From the IMG/VR virus record IMGVR_UViG_3300037420_000429: a stretch of 64,000 nucleotides of DNA. One strand, 5' to 3'. Below are positions 54,022-61,660 of this stretch, one piece after another; position 1 is the stretch's first letter; each line of letters starts with the position of its first letter. The translations under genes were made by a program, and so were the position numbers. The notes beneath the pieces are model-generated. The model saw nothing but the letters and a program-made list of their open reading frames with translations. It was not told where the DNA came from and searched no databases. This DNA is from a virus.

Positions 54022-55674
54022 TTAGAATTCTGCAACCTGTTGTTCTGCAAGCAGCACTTCCCAAGTATCTTCATCAATCGAGAACTCATCAGCGACACCA
54101 AGATAGCTCCACGGACGATTCTTAAGTACTGTAGTGCGAACATTGCCACGGCTACGATCCGGCATAATCTGTGGCTCAAGACCGATGATAATCCAGCTAA
54201 GCTGCTCTAGAGCGGCACTACCGCGCATCATCTCTTTCGTAACCTTAACCCAAAATGGCTGGTCCTCTTCACCCTTGGGAGGTTTGAAGTCTTGGGCAGC
54301 AGATCGATTGATGTGCGACACAGCAATGATGCCGACATCGTTAGCAGCGCAGAACGCAGCAAGCTCAGTCATAACCATGTCAAGCTCCTTGCGCTCATTG
54401 GCAATGTCACTACCACTAATAACAACGCTAAGGTGGTCAAGAATGATGAAGCCACACTTCTCTACAAGGTGCATATGCTTAATCTTAGCCATAAGCTCTG
54501 TAATAGGAAGTGAGCCAAAGTGCCCCAGCATAACAACACTATCATGCTCAACAATCTTATCGTATGCAGCTTTGATTTCTTCGCGACTTGCACAGCTAAG
54601 CGGATCATTCTTGAACTTGTTGTAGTTCACTTTGAGTTCGGCGGCAACCATGCGTTGGAGAGTTTCTTTGTTGTTCTCTTCAAGATAGATCATGCCTACA
54701 CGTTCACCAGCCTTCTGTAGTCCACTGCCAATGATGCTCGTCACAGTACTTTTGCCCACACCAGAGGGTGACGTTACAAGTACAAGTTCACGCTTACGGA
54801 AGCCGTGAATCTTCTTCATCAGGCCGGGGAAGCAGTCGATGTAGATGCCTTCTTCTCGCGCCTCAATAAGTTCGTCAAAGCTGATGTCAGAAGCCTTAAC
54901 AATTTTCTCCGCGCTGTATGCCCGCTTACCAAACTGTACAAGCTTACCAAGTTCGTCAAACTCACCGGCCTGAAGCATATCCGATGCGTCTTTGTGCCCT
55001 CCCGGTGTTGTAAGTGTGAAAAGTTGGATAGCAGCCCCTACAAGCGCATTGCCAACAGCTTCACGGGCCTCGTGACCCTTCATAACACCTTTTTTCTTTT
55101 CAGCAGGAGTACAATAATCGTCGTCAAAGAACATTGTCAGAGATTCGTGTCCCATAACAAATTCGTTGTTATGAAGAATAGCCTCTACAGCATTTGCGGT
55201 CCCAAGCGGAATACTCACCACAAAAGGCTCAAGTCCTGCGTATTTAGTATTCTTAACACTATCTACGCTCGCCTGATAGACGCTCAAAGCATCCCAGCCA
55301 CCCTCAGTCACAATCAAATTGGTTTTCTTACGTTTGACTGCCTCAGCAACATCTTGAAACAGTAACTTATTGCCAATAGAAACAGAACCGACCGCTGTCC
55401 AATGTCCTTTCTCGCTCTTGTCCACGGTCCAATCTTGACGCATAAATCCTGTGATCTTACCCTTCTGGTTGTATGAAGGGAAGTACACAGCTTCGATAGT
55501 CTTGCCATCTTTTTGTGACAACGCTGCGCGTACGCCAAATTTCTCGCAAGTTTCCTTGCGAATTCCTCGTGCCGGAATGTCCACAAACGGATACTCAAGC
55601 ACATCTTGCACTTTTTCTTTTGGTACGAATTCAGTCATATCTTTGTAATCCTTCACCTTTCGTTCGTAACCCAT
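54022..55674 (-). CDS. bifunctional primase-helicase, T7 gp4-like
   Basis: TOPRIM LIVTEGGWDALS. DnaB/RecA-type Walker A SPSGVGKST and Walker B FIILDHLS. ATG 55674 after AAGGAGGG. Confidence 0.85.
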   Translation of the reverse strand: MGYERKVKDYKDMTEFVPKEKVQDVLEYPFVDIPARGIRKETCEKFGVRAALSQKDGKTIEAVYFPSYNQKGKITGFMRQDWTVDKSEKGHWTAVGSVSIGNKLLFQDVAEAVKRKKTNLIVTEGGWDALSVYQASVDSVKNTKYAGLEPFVVSIPLGTANAVEAILHNNEFVMGHESLTMFFDDDYCTPAEKKKGVMKGHEAREAVGNALVGAAIQLFTLTTPGGHKDASDMLQAGEFDELGKLVQFGKRAYSAEKIVKASDISFDELIEAREEGIYIDCFPGLMKKIHGFRKRELVLVTSPSGVGKSTVTSIIGSGLQKAGERVGMIYLEENNKETLQRMVAAELKVNYNKFKNDPLSCASREEIKAAYDKIVEHDSVVMLGHFGSLPITELMAKIKHMHLVEKCGFIILDHLSVVISGSDIANERKELDMVMTELAAFCAANDVGIIAVSHINRSAAQDFKPPKGEEDQPFWVKVTKEMMRGSAALEQLSWIIIGLEPQIMPDRSRGNVRTTVLKNRPWSYLGVADEFSIDEDTWEVLLAEQQVAEF

Positions 55675-55856
55675 CAACCCTCCTTAAACTTCACCTCATG
55701 TCCACTCATTGCCAACAAGTCATAAATTTCTTGTGCAATCTCATGGAATGTTTGGGACTTGTAGAATTCCGAGGCTAGTCCAGCCCCACCTTTCCAGTTG
55801 ATAGCCCACACTTGAACGCCGTCGTCGTGTACTTCAATCTCATAAGAATCTTGCAT
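55674..55856 (-). CDS. small hypothetical protein (60 aa), paralog of 55856..56029
   Basis: Start at ATG 55856 (MQDSYEIEVHDDGVQVW…AQEIYDLL…), overlapping the upstream stop by 1 nt. Confidence 0.5.
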   Translation of the reverse strand: MQDSYEIEVHDDGVQVWAINWKGGAGLASEFYKSQTFHEIAQEIYDLLAMSGHEVKFKEG

Positions 55857-56029
55857 CAACCCTCCCACTCATCCACATCTGCACCCGTACTCAAAAGCAA
55901 ATCGTACATCTCTTGTGCAGTACCTTCCTCATCACCACCTGCATCGAAGTAGAATGCACGAATAGATTCTTCTTTAATCAGGCATACAGTGATAACACCA
56001 TCTTCGATATGAATCTTATATTTGTTCAT
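55856..56029 (-). CDS. small hypothetical protein (57 aa)
   Basis: MNKYKIHIEDGVITVCL…AQEMYDLLL…. Below the ORF-track cutoff. Shares its pattern with the downstream neighbour. Confidence 0.45.
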   Translation of the reverse strand: MNKYKIHIEDGVITVCLIKEESIRAFYFDAGGDEEGTAQEMYDLLLSTGADVDEWEG

Positions 56030-56037
56030 AAGGCCCC

Positions 56038-56208
56038 CTAAGCCATTTGATACAAGTCACCAATTTTGTTCACAAGAGCGTCATATTTCTTTTGCAGGCT
56101 AGCTTTATCCCTCAACAGATCGTCATAATCCTCTGAACGAACATAACTGCCCCAAGAGCCCACCTCTTCCATGCCAGCATCGTCCCACTCGTAATGTTGA
56201 ACCATCAT
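56038..56208 (-). CDS. small hypothetical protein (56 aa)
   Basis: ATG 56208 overlaps the upstream stop (ATGA), with GGAGG upstream. Confidence 0.45.
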   Translation of the reverse strand: MMVQHYEWDDAGMEEVGSWGSYVRSEDYDDLLRDKASLQKKYDALVNKIGDLYQMA

Positions 56209-56414
56209 ACCTCCTGATATTTGTTTCCACAAGAGACATGGCTTTCTCGCTCAACGCCGACAACATCCATACCTTTGAAACGGAAAGTAACCATGCCAAG
56301 CTTCTTATCCAACTCAGTCATCTCTTTGTACCCAAGAAACAGGTAAAGGGGGGAGCGGCCTGTTTCTCCAACGTACGAAAGCCATTGTTGCTCAATTTTG
56401 TCAATGATATTCAT
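56205..56414 (-). CDS. small hypothetical protein (69 aa)
   Basis: ATG 56414 after GGAGGAAGAATC. ATGA overlap. Confidence 0.5.
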   Translation of the reverse strand: MNIIDKIEQQWLSYVGETGRSPLYLFLGYKEMTELDKKLGMVTFRFKGMDVVGVERESHVSCGNKYQEV

Positions 56415-56611
56415 GATTCTTCCTCCAACAAGCCCCAATCGCCGTTGCAGAACCACTCAATGTTATCTAGAGTAGCCTCCACGCTTTCAAAGTCGTCTGC
56501 ACAACAATTGTATTCATCCCAACAACTTTTCCAGCATTTACCCCAAGTCCAAGCGCGGTATGTCACACAACCACCTAACTCAAGAATTTGCCTAGCTTCG
56601 TCGCGTGTCAT
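56411..56611 (-). CDS. small Cys/Trp-rich protein (66 aa)
   Basis: …GGCVTYRAWTWGKCWKSCWDEYNCCADD…WFCNGDWG… with 6 Cys and 7 Trp. Confidence 0.5.
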   Translation of the reverse strand: MTRDEARQILELGGCVTYRAWTWGKCWKSCWDEYNCCADDFESVEATLDNIEWFCNGDWGLLEEES

Positions 56612-56763
56612 TGAATCCTCTTCTGAAATTCAGCGCTGAAAGCACGTATTTCCGAATAGAGTGCTGTAGGGTCGAACACATCAGAACCATCCTCAGCTTC
56701 GTAGAAATAGTGATCGCTGTGAAGCTTGAGTAGCAAAATCAAATCTTCAAAGACTTCTTTCAT
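56608..56763 (-). CDS. small hypothetical protein (51 aa)
   Basis: ATG 56763 after GGAGGAAGA. ATGA overlap. Confidence 0.45.
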   Translation of the reverse strand: MKEVFEDLILLLKLHSDHYFYEAEDGSDVFDPTALYSEIRAFSAEFQKRIQ

Positions 56764-56963
56764 TCTTCCTCCACAATTGTTCCCCAGTGGACAGTGCAAA
56801 AGTCATCAATTGCCTGTTGGTCCGATTCGTACTGAAAATCTGGCCTGTACTGGGCAACTCTCGCCCTCTGACATTTGATTACATCCTCAACGGTCATACG
56901 CAAGTCAACACAACCATTTGCTTCGGCATCGTACGGCTCGATCCACTTGACGTATCTTGTCAT
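56760..56963 (-). CDS. small hypothetical protein (67 aa)
   Basis: ATGA overlaps on both sides. Confidence 0.5.
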   Translation of the reverse strand: MTRYVKWIEPYDAEANGCVDLRMTVEDVIKCQRARVAQYRPDFQYESDQQAIDDFCTVHWGTIVEEE

Positions 56964-57124
56964 ACCACCTCCTCAATTTCACTGCGATGTAAAATCTGCC
57001 AAGTACCCTCGTCATCTACGTACCAGCAGTACTCGACAGGGCCGTAAGAATAAGCCACTTTAACAATTGTACCAATCTTGTACAAGTGGTCATCGTGTTC
57101 TACCACCACTCTGTAGGATTTCAT
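56960..57124 (-). CDS. small hypothetical protein (54 aa)
   Basis: MKSYRVVVEHDDHLYKIGTIVKV…. ATGA overlaps on both sides. Below the ORF-track cutoff. Confidence 0.45.
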   Translation of the reverse strand: MKSYRVVVEHDDHLYKIGTIVKVAYSYGPVEYCWYVDDEGTWQILHRSEIEEVV

Positions 57125-57480
57125 TTGTTAACGCGCACATCTGTCACTTCATAAGATGTGTCCTGTGCGAAAAGATTTTTGATAAAGGATTGGCAGTATT
57201 TCACCGTCACTTCACCGCCGTTGAACATGGCGTCATTGATCTTCTGCGCCACATCTGCCTTCAGAACAGAAAATTTCCAAATGTTTGTGACACCAGCGCC
57301 CTGCCCTTTGGCCTTAACTCGCACACCCTCCTGCACCATCTCACCTTCCCACGATTTGCTGATAAGGCCTTTGTTGGAGAATTTCTGAATTACACCAGAA
57401 CGAACACCTTCCGAGTAGCAATCGGCATTTGCAGAAAATGCTGCGAACATCATAACGATGGCGATAATAAATTTCTTCAT
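57121..57480 (-). CDS. secreted (signal-peptide) protein, 119 aa
   Basis: MKKFIIAIVMMFAAFSANA|DCYSEG… AAGGAGAAATC-ATG start. Confidence 0.65.
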   Translation of the reverse strand: MKKFIIAIVMMFAAFSANADCYSEGVRSGVIQKFSNKGLISKSWEGEMVQEGVRVKAKGQGAGVTNIWKFSVLKADVAQKINDAMFNGGEVTVKYCQSFIKNLFAQDTSYEVTDVRVNK

Positions 57481-57503
57481 GATTTCTCCTTAAGTTGAAT
57501 GAA

Positions 57504-57519
57504 AGGGCCTTTCGGCCCT
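57504..57519 (-). terminator. hairpin between the two secreted-protein genes (terminator/attenuator)
   Basis: Minus strand: AGGGCC-gaaa-GGCCCT followed by TTCATTC. Confidence 0.4.
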
Positions 57520-57547
57520 CTTCCTACATTACATGCTCGTCAGAGCA

Positions 57548-57877
57548 TTACTTCTGATTCTTCCGACGAGCCAGCTTGCTCACGCCCACCAGACTCACCA
57601 AGCCGAAACCAAGACCCGCCATTGCCAGCGAATCCGAGTCGTCCTCTTCCTTATTAGCATATTGCGGAGCCGAGACAGGGACGCCACAGCAATCGCTCAG
57701 CGACGGGGCAGGACGACGGCCATCTTTTGCATCAGATGCCAGTGCAGGTGCCGAAACGTCGTCTGCTACAGCGGAAGCAGACACGGGAGCTTCGTAAGAG
57801 GCGGAAACAGGAATGCCTTGTGCGAATGCCGAAGCAGCGGCGAACGACATGAACATAGCGGCGATGGTATTTTTCAT
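57548..57877 (-). CDS. secreted protein with a C-terminal TM-plus-basic sorting-signal-like tail (109 aa)
   Basis: Start at ATG 57877. Signal peptide MKNTIAAMFMSFAAASAFA|QG. Ala/Ser/Pro/Val-rich low-complexity middle. Ends DSDSLAMAGLGFGLVSLVGVSKLARRKNQK. Confidence 0.6.
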   Translation of the reverse strand: MKNTIAAMFMSFAAASAFAQGIPVSASYEAPVSASAVADDVSAPALASDAKDGRRPAPSLSDCCGVPVSAPQYANKEEDDSDSLAMAGLGFGLVSLVGVSKLARRKNQK

Positions 57878-57932
57878 AGTATTACCTTTCTTAGTTGTTG
57901 TAGAAACGTGTGCTTTGTAGAGCACAGGAAGC

Positions 57933-57961
57933 AGTATGGCAGAGCTTGAGGGGCTTGTCAA
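57933..57961 (-). promoter_or_regulatory. sigma70-type promoter of the secreted-protein moron
   Basis: Minus strand: TTGACA (57961..57956), 17 nt, CATACT (57938..57933). Followed by the leader hairpin TGTGCT…AGCACA. Confidence 0.55.
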
Positions 57962-57965
57962 CAGC

Positions 57966-59051
57966 TTATTTTGGCGCTTTGTAATTCTCGCCGGGGATAA
58001 GCTTACGATTCATGACAAAACCTTTAAACTGAGCACTCCACAGATTGCCATCACGGTCTGCGTGGCTGATGCCGGGTTCCCATGTACTGTAGTATCGCGG
58101 GTCGTTCACCTCTTCATACACACCGTACCCCTCTCGTATCGCTGCTTTCATCGGAGTGGCTTGATGCTGCATAGCAGAAGCATGCTTTCGATCATCCCCA
58201 ACAAGCTTGTCGTACACCCGCAAACATTGTTCAAGGCCGTAGTCTACTGCACGGAACGAGACGGCGCCTGTGCGAGCAGAGCTTACTTTGATGGCTTCTT
58301 CAAGAGAAAGGATCACATAATCCTCCCAACCGTCATCTTGTTTGGTAGGTATATAGAACAACTGCTTGCCGTTCTTACCACGGAATTCATCCACGTACGG
58401 CAAATGCCATTCGCCCGGTTGCAGCAGTTGCGGGACACTTTGCTCATGAGCTTTACGCATTGTACTAGCAAGATCGTGCAGAGTTGGGTCTGCTGCAACA
58501 TCATCACGAAGCCAGTAGTAGTTGTCCCACTCTGTAGCAGACACAACGGCCTTAATCATCTGGTGTGCTTCTGTGATACGGTTGTACACCTGCTTGTGGT
58601 AGCCCGCATCGTAGAGTGCACGTGAGATAGATACCGACAAGTATTTGTGCAAGTTCCACGCACCCAACGCAGTAAGCTCAAGCTCTCCATTTTCGTTCAA
58701 CAGGTCTTCGTAGCAGATGATAATGCCAATGTCATCATGGATCATCTGTTCTACAGCAGAATATAGGTCAGGCGGGATGATAACACAAGCATCAAATTTT
58801 TCACCCTTATCCTGCATACCTTTGTTGGCTTCGCCAAATCGCACAGGTTTGCCAGTAAGCTGCTCAACCATCTTGTTGAACGGAATAGCTCGGCTGCTAT
58901 GGGCGTTGCGGGCAAGCATCCCGTGGGTTAAAAATTCGCACCACACAATGCGTGGCACTTCAATTTCCATCGTCGTGAGGCGATGTCCTGCCGGACTGGT
59001 GCTGTCCTTAAGGATTCGTGCGACGCTACCTTTACCTTTTACTTCAATCAT
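57966..59051 (-). CDS. ThyX-like (flavin-dependent thymidylate synthase fold) protein with a degenerate RHR signature
   Basis: The segment MEIEVPRIVWCEFLTHGMLARNAHSSRAIP aligns by eye to the ThyX [33 protein letters not shown], N, S and R are kept but both RHR arginines are lost. ATG 59051 overlaps the upstream stop. Confidence 0.4.
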   Translation of the reverse strand: MIEVKGKGSVARILKDSTSPAGHRLTTMEIEVPRIVWCEFLTHGMLARNAHSSRAIPFNKMVEQLTGKPVRFGEANKGMQDKGEKFDACVIIPPDLYSAVEQMIHDDIGIIICYEDLLNENGELELTALGAWNLHKYLSVSISRALYDAGYHKQVYNRITEAHQMIKAVVSATEWDNYYWLRDDVAADPTLHDLASTMRKAHEQSVPQLLQPGEWHLPYVDEFRGKNGKQLFYIPTKQDDGWEDYVILSLEEAIKVSSARTGAVSFRAVDYGLEQCLRVYDKLVGDDRKHASAMQHQATPMKAAIREGYGVYEEVNDPRYYSTWEPGISHADRDGNLWSAQFKGFVMNRKLIPGENYKAPK

Positions 59052-59289
59052 TCGCTTCCTTTCCAATTACACGGCCTTCATAATGTTGGTCATCACCCTC
59101 TCCCTTTTTCCACCAAGGATTTTCAGGGCTTGTCCAAAACAGATTCCCGTTCAGATAAACATATCCCGCTTCAGGCACAAGTTCTTCTTTATCAGGATAC
59201 CAAAGATTAGTGCTAACACAGAGGGAATACTTGCGGGACAGTGCTTCAAGTTCAATGATGAAATTACGTTCGTTATCAGTCACGATCAT
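59044..59289 (-). CDS. small hypothetical protein (81 aa)
   Basis: 14-nt overlap with the upstream gene. Trp-rich (…LFWTSPENPWWKKGEG…). Confidence 0.5.
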   Translation of the reverse strand: MIVTDNERNFIIELEALSRKYSLCVSTNLWYPDKEELVPEAGYVYLNGNLFWTSPENPWWKKGEGDDQHYEGRVIGKEAND

Positions 59290-59578
59290 TTTCCTTCACC
59301 AAATCTTCAACTTCATCCGCATACCAACGTTGCAGTTGAATCTGCACATAATCTCCCCGTTCCTTAACAACACCGCCACGCAACACCTCTGTCATAAGCT
59401 TAATAGCGCCTTCAAGATTGTTCTTGCGGAAGAATCCGATGTTCATCCATTCGTCGGACACAACATAATATTCTTCTTTTTCAGCCTCTTGCAACACCTT
59501 AAGCTTTTTATTTGCAAGCTCGATAACATTTGTAAGGTCATAGCTGTCAAGCCCTGCTAGGCGTTCTTCGTGTGTCAT
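59276..59578 (-). CDS. hypothetical protein (100 aa)
   Basis: Clean ORF in the chained array. Confidence 0.55.
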   Translation of the reverse strand: MTHEERLAGLDSYDLTNVIELANKKLKVLQEAEKEEYYVVSDEWMNIGFFRKNNLEGAIKLMTEVLRGGVVKERGDYVQIQLQRWYADEVEDLVKENDRD

Positions 59579-59581
59579 ATC

Positions 59582-59959
59582 TCACCAATCATATTTAAAA
59601 GAATATAAATTTCGACTGAGCACATCTTTCTTGAACGCTGTAATATCAATCTTATCCAAGTCTTCAGGGTCGACATCAGACTCTTCAATTTCGGATAAGA
59701 CATCCATAATGTAACTTACATCCACCGTCTGATGTCGTTCAGCCCAAACAGGGCCAGCGTACCCTACGAAATTCTCTGGCAGACCTTTGAATCGCACGAT
59801 CCAAGAGCTACATCCTCGCAGATTGGCAGGGGCATCCATGAACACTTGCCAGCGTGTGTCGAGGTCAACAGATTGGTCAGCAATATATTGTGCGAACTCG
59901 TCGCGAATCGCTTCGATTTGTTTGTTGAGATTTTCTACTCGTCGTTTAAAGTCGCTCAT
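59582..59959 (-). CDS. hypothetical protein (125 aa)
   Basis: ATGA overlap with the upstream mini-ORF. Confidence 0.55.
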   Translation of the reverse strand: MSDFKRRVENLNKQIEAIRDEFAQYIADQSVDLDTRWQVFMDAPANLRGCSSWIVRFKGLPENFVGYAGPVWAERHQTVDVSYIMDVLSEIEESDVDPEDLDKIDITAFKKDVLSRNLYSFKYDW

Positions 59960-60126
59960 TTCAGCTTCCCCAACTTCTTATTAATCACGTCATTCACTTC
60001 GTCCATAATCTCATATCCTGCATAAGCATAGCGAATCGGGAAGTATGCCAACAGCCCCAACACAACAAATGGAAAGTGAATAATCAGCATAGGGATACCA
60101 ACAACAATACGTTTGTCAATTTTCAT
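59956..60126 (-). CDS. small membrane protein (56 aa)
   Basis: MKIDKRIVVGIPMLIIHFPFVVLGLLAYFPI…. ATGA overlaps on both sides. Below the ORF-track cutoff. Confidence 0.45.
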   Translation of the reverse strand: MKIDKRIVVGIPMLIIHFPFVVLGLLAYFPIRYAYAGYEIMDEVNDVINKKLGKLK

Positions 60127-60299
60127 TCTTCCTCCACATATTCTTCATCAGAGCACTCGACATCGATAATTCCTGTATCCTCGATACTCACTTCACCGTT
60201 GTGCTGCAAAGCAGTTTCGATTTGGTCAGCTTTTAGATAAGCATTTTTCCAGCTATCGGCTTCAAAAGTGGCCCACAGTGATACGCTAAATGTTGGCAT
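60123..60299 (-). CDS. small acidic protein (58 aa)
   Basis: MPTFSVSLWATFEADSWKNAY…ECSDEEYVEEE. Below the ORF-track cutoff. Confidence 0.45.
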   Translation of the reverse strand: MPTFSVSLWATFEADSWKNAYLKADQIETALQHNGEVSIEDTGIIDVECSDEEYVEEE

Positions 60300-60302
60300 G
60301 TC

Positions 60303-61202
60303 TTACCCTTTCTTATGCGGCTTAACAACACCTGTTGCAAGCCCTTGTTCAAATTTAGTTACAAACTCGTCGCTGTACATTGCTTGAATGGTGTAGTAGT
60401 TCTCCCACACAAATTCCCTAAACCATCCTGACGAGATTGACGATGCAAGCTTCGCATGTGCCAAGTCGAACGCTTCCTTGTACGTCTTCTTACCCGGAAA
60501 CGGGATGATGCTTCGTTCAAGAGCAAGCACACAGATTTCTTCGTATGCCGCATTCAGCTTGATCTGCAAAGGTAGCTCATCCCACATAGCTTTGCTAACC
60601 ATCACTTCGCTGTCTGTTGGCTTAAACTCAAGATATGCAGGACGTTCACCAATCGCTACAGCCATATGAATACTGTCGTGATCGTACGTATAAATGTCGT
60701 CACGGAAAAATCCCTCTTTGCTTTGGTTCAGCTTCGGCAGACTGTTCGTGTACGTCTCCTTCTCTCGCTGCTTGAAGAACTCTTCGTGCTCAGGGCGAAT
60801 CTTAGCACCAAGCTTGCGCATGAACAAGATGTCGTCAAGAGTTTTCTTGAAATGCGGCGAATCCTTTTTGTAACGATGAGACATCTTCAGCAAGTACAGC
60901 ACGTCCAGCGAAGGCACAAGCGTACCATTCGCCATAACGATGTTATCACTTTGCGACTCCACGAATTTGATTAGTCGCTCAGCCATGCTGTCAGGCCACG
61001 CCACTTCGGCCTCCACAATGGCCCCGCCAACACGACGCATGTAGATGGATTTTCCTCCGTTGATAGGATAACACACCTTGGCGTCAATGTTCTTACGATA
61101 TACCATAATCTCGTCGTAATTTCCAACTAAATCTACGTCAACAGTTGGGCGTACAAGATGTGCAATGTGAGTCTGAAGGGCTAAGCTACCAATCAAAATC
61201 AT
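60303..61202 (-). CDS. hypothetical protein (299 aa), possible minimal nucleotidyltransferase fold
   Basis: The N-terminus MILIGSLALQ…RPTVDVDLVG fits the G-S…D-x-D pattern of pol-beta-type NTases. Long helical C-terminal region. Confidence 0.35.
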   Translation of the reverse strand: MILIGSLALQTHIAHLVRPTVDVDLVGNYDEIMVYRKNIDAKVCYPINGGKSIYMRRVGGAIVEAEVAWPDSMAERLIKFVESQSDNIVMANGTLVPSLDVLYLLKMSHRYKKDSPHFKKTLDDILFMRKLGAKIRPEHEEFFKQREKETYTNSLPKLNQSKEGFFRDDIYTYDHDSIHMAVAIGERPAYLEFKPTDSEVMVSKAMWDELPLQIKLNAAYEEICVLALERSIIPFPGKKTYKEAFDLAHAKLASSISSGWFREFVWENYYTIQAMYSDEFVTKFEQGLATGVVKPHKKG

Positions 61203-61219
61203 GTCAAGGTTCCTTTAAA

Positions 61220-61645
61220 TTAGCAAGTGCTTGCGTTCCAACCTTCAGTATCACTCTCCATCGACTCAAGCTTGTTATACAGCTTATAAAGAGCATTCTT
61301 GTCCGAATAGCTAAATTCTACGTTTGGATTAACTTCATCTTCATCCAAATCTTCTTGCGAAAGCAGAGTGCTCAGTACATCGTCGTGGTAGCCATCATTG
61401 TAATCGAGGTAGTACTGAACACCAGATACGCCACTTACAATCTCAGCCGTGTCTAGATGTTCGTAAGCTTCTTCTGCCAGCTTCAGCGCATCTTCTTTCG
61501 ACTCAGCTTTCATAATTTTATGCAAAAGCTTCGTAGCAGCTTCGATGCTGTCAGAAATGATCTTGCTTGCACCTTGTTGGATGGCCTTACGTTGCTTCTT
61601 CAGTTCTTCAATCGAAACGCCGTTGATGATAATGTCTTTAGTCAT
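61220..61645 (-). CDS. acidic protein (141 aa), member 1 of the C-terminal W…S…C paralog family
   Basis: AAGGAGAACAAGA-ATG start. Ends …VEFSYSDKNALYKLYNKLESMESDTEGWNASTC. Confidence 0.6.
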   Translation of the reverse strand: MTKDIIINGVSIEELKKQRKAIQQGASKIISDSIEAATKLLHKIMKAESKEDALKLAEEAYEHLDTAEIVSGVSGVQYYLDYNDGYHDDVLSTLLSQEDLDEDEVNPNVEFSYSDKNALYKLYNKLESMESDTEGWNASTC

Positions 61646-61660
61646 TCTTGTTCTCCTTAA

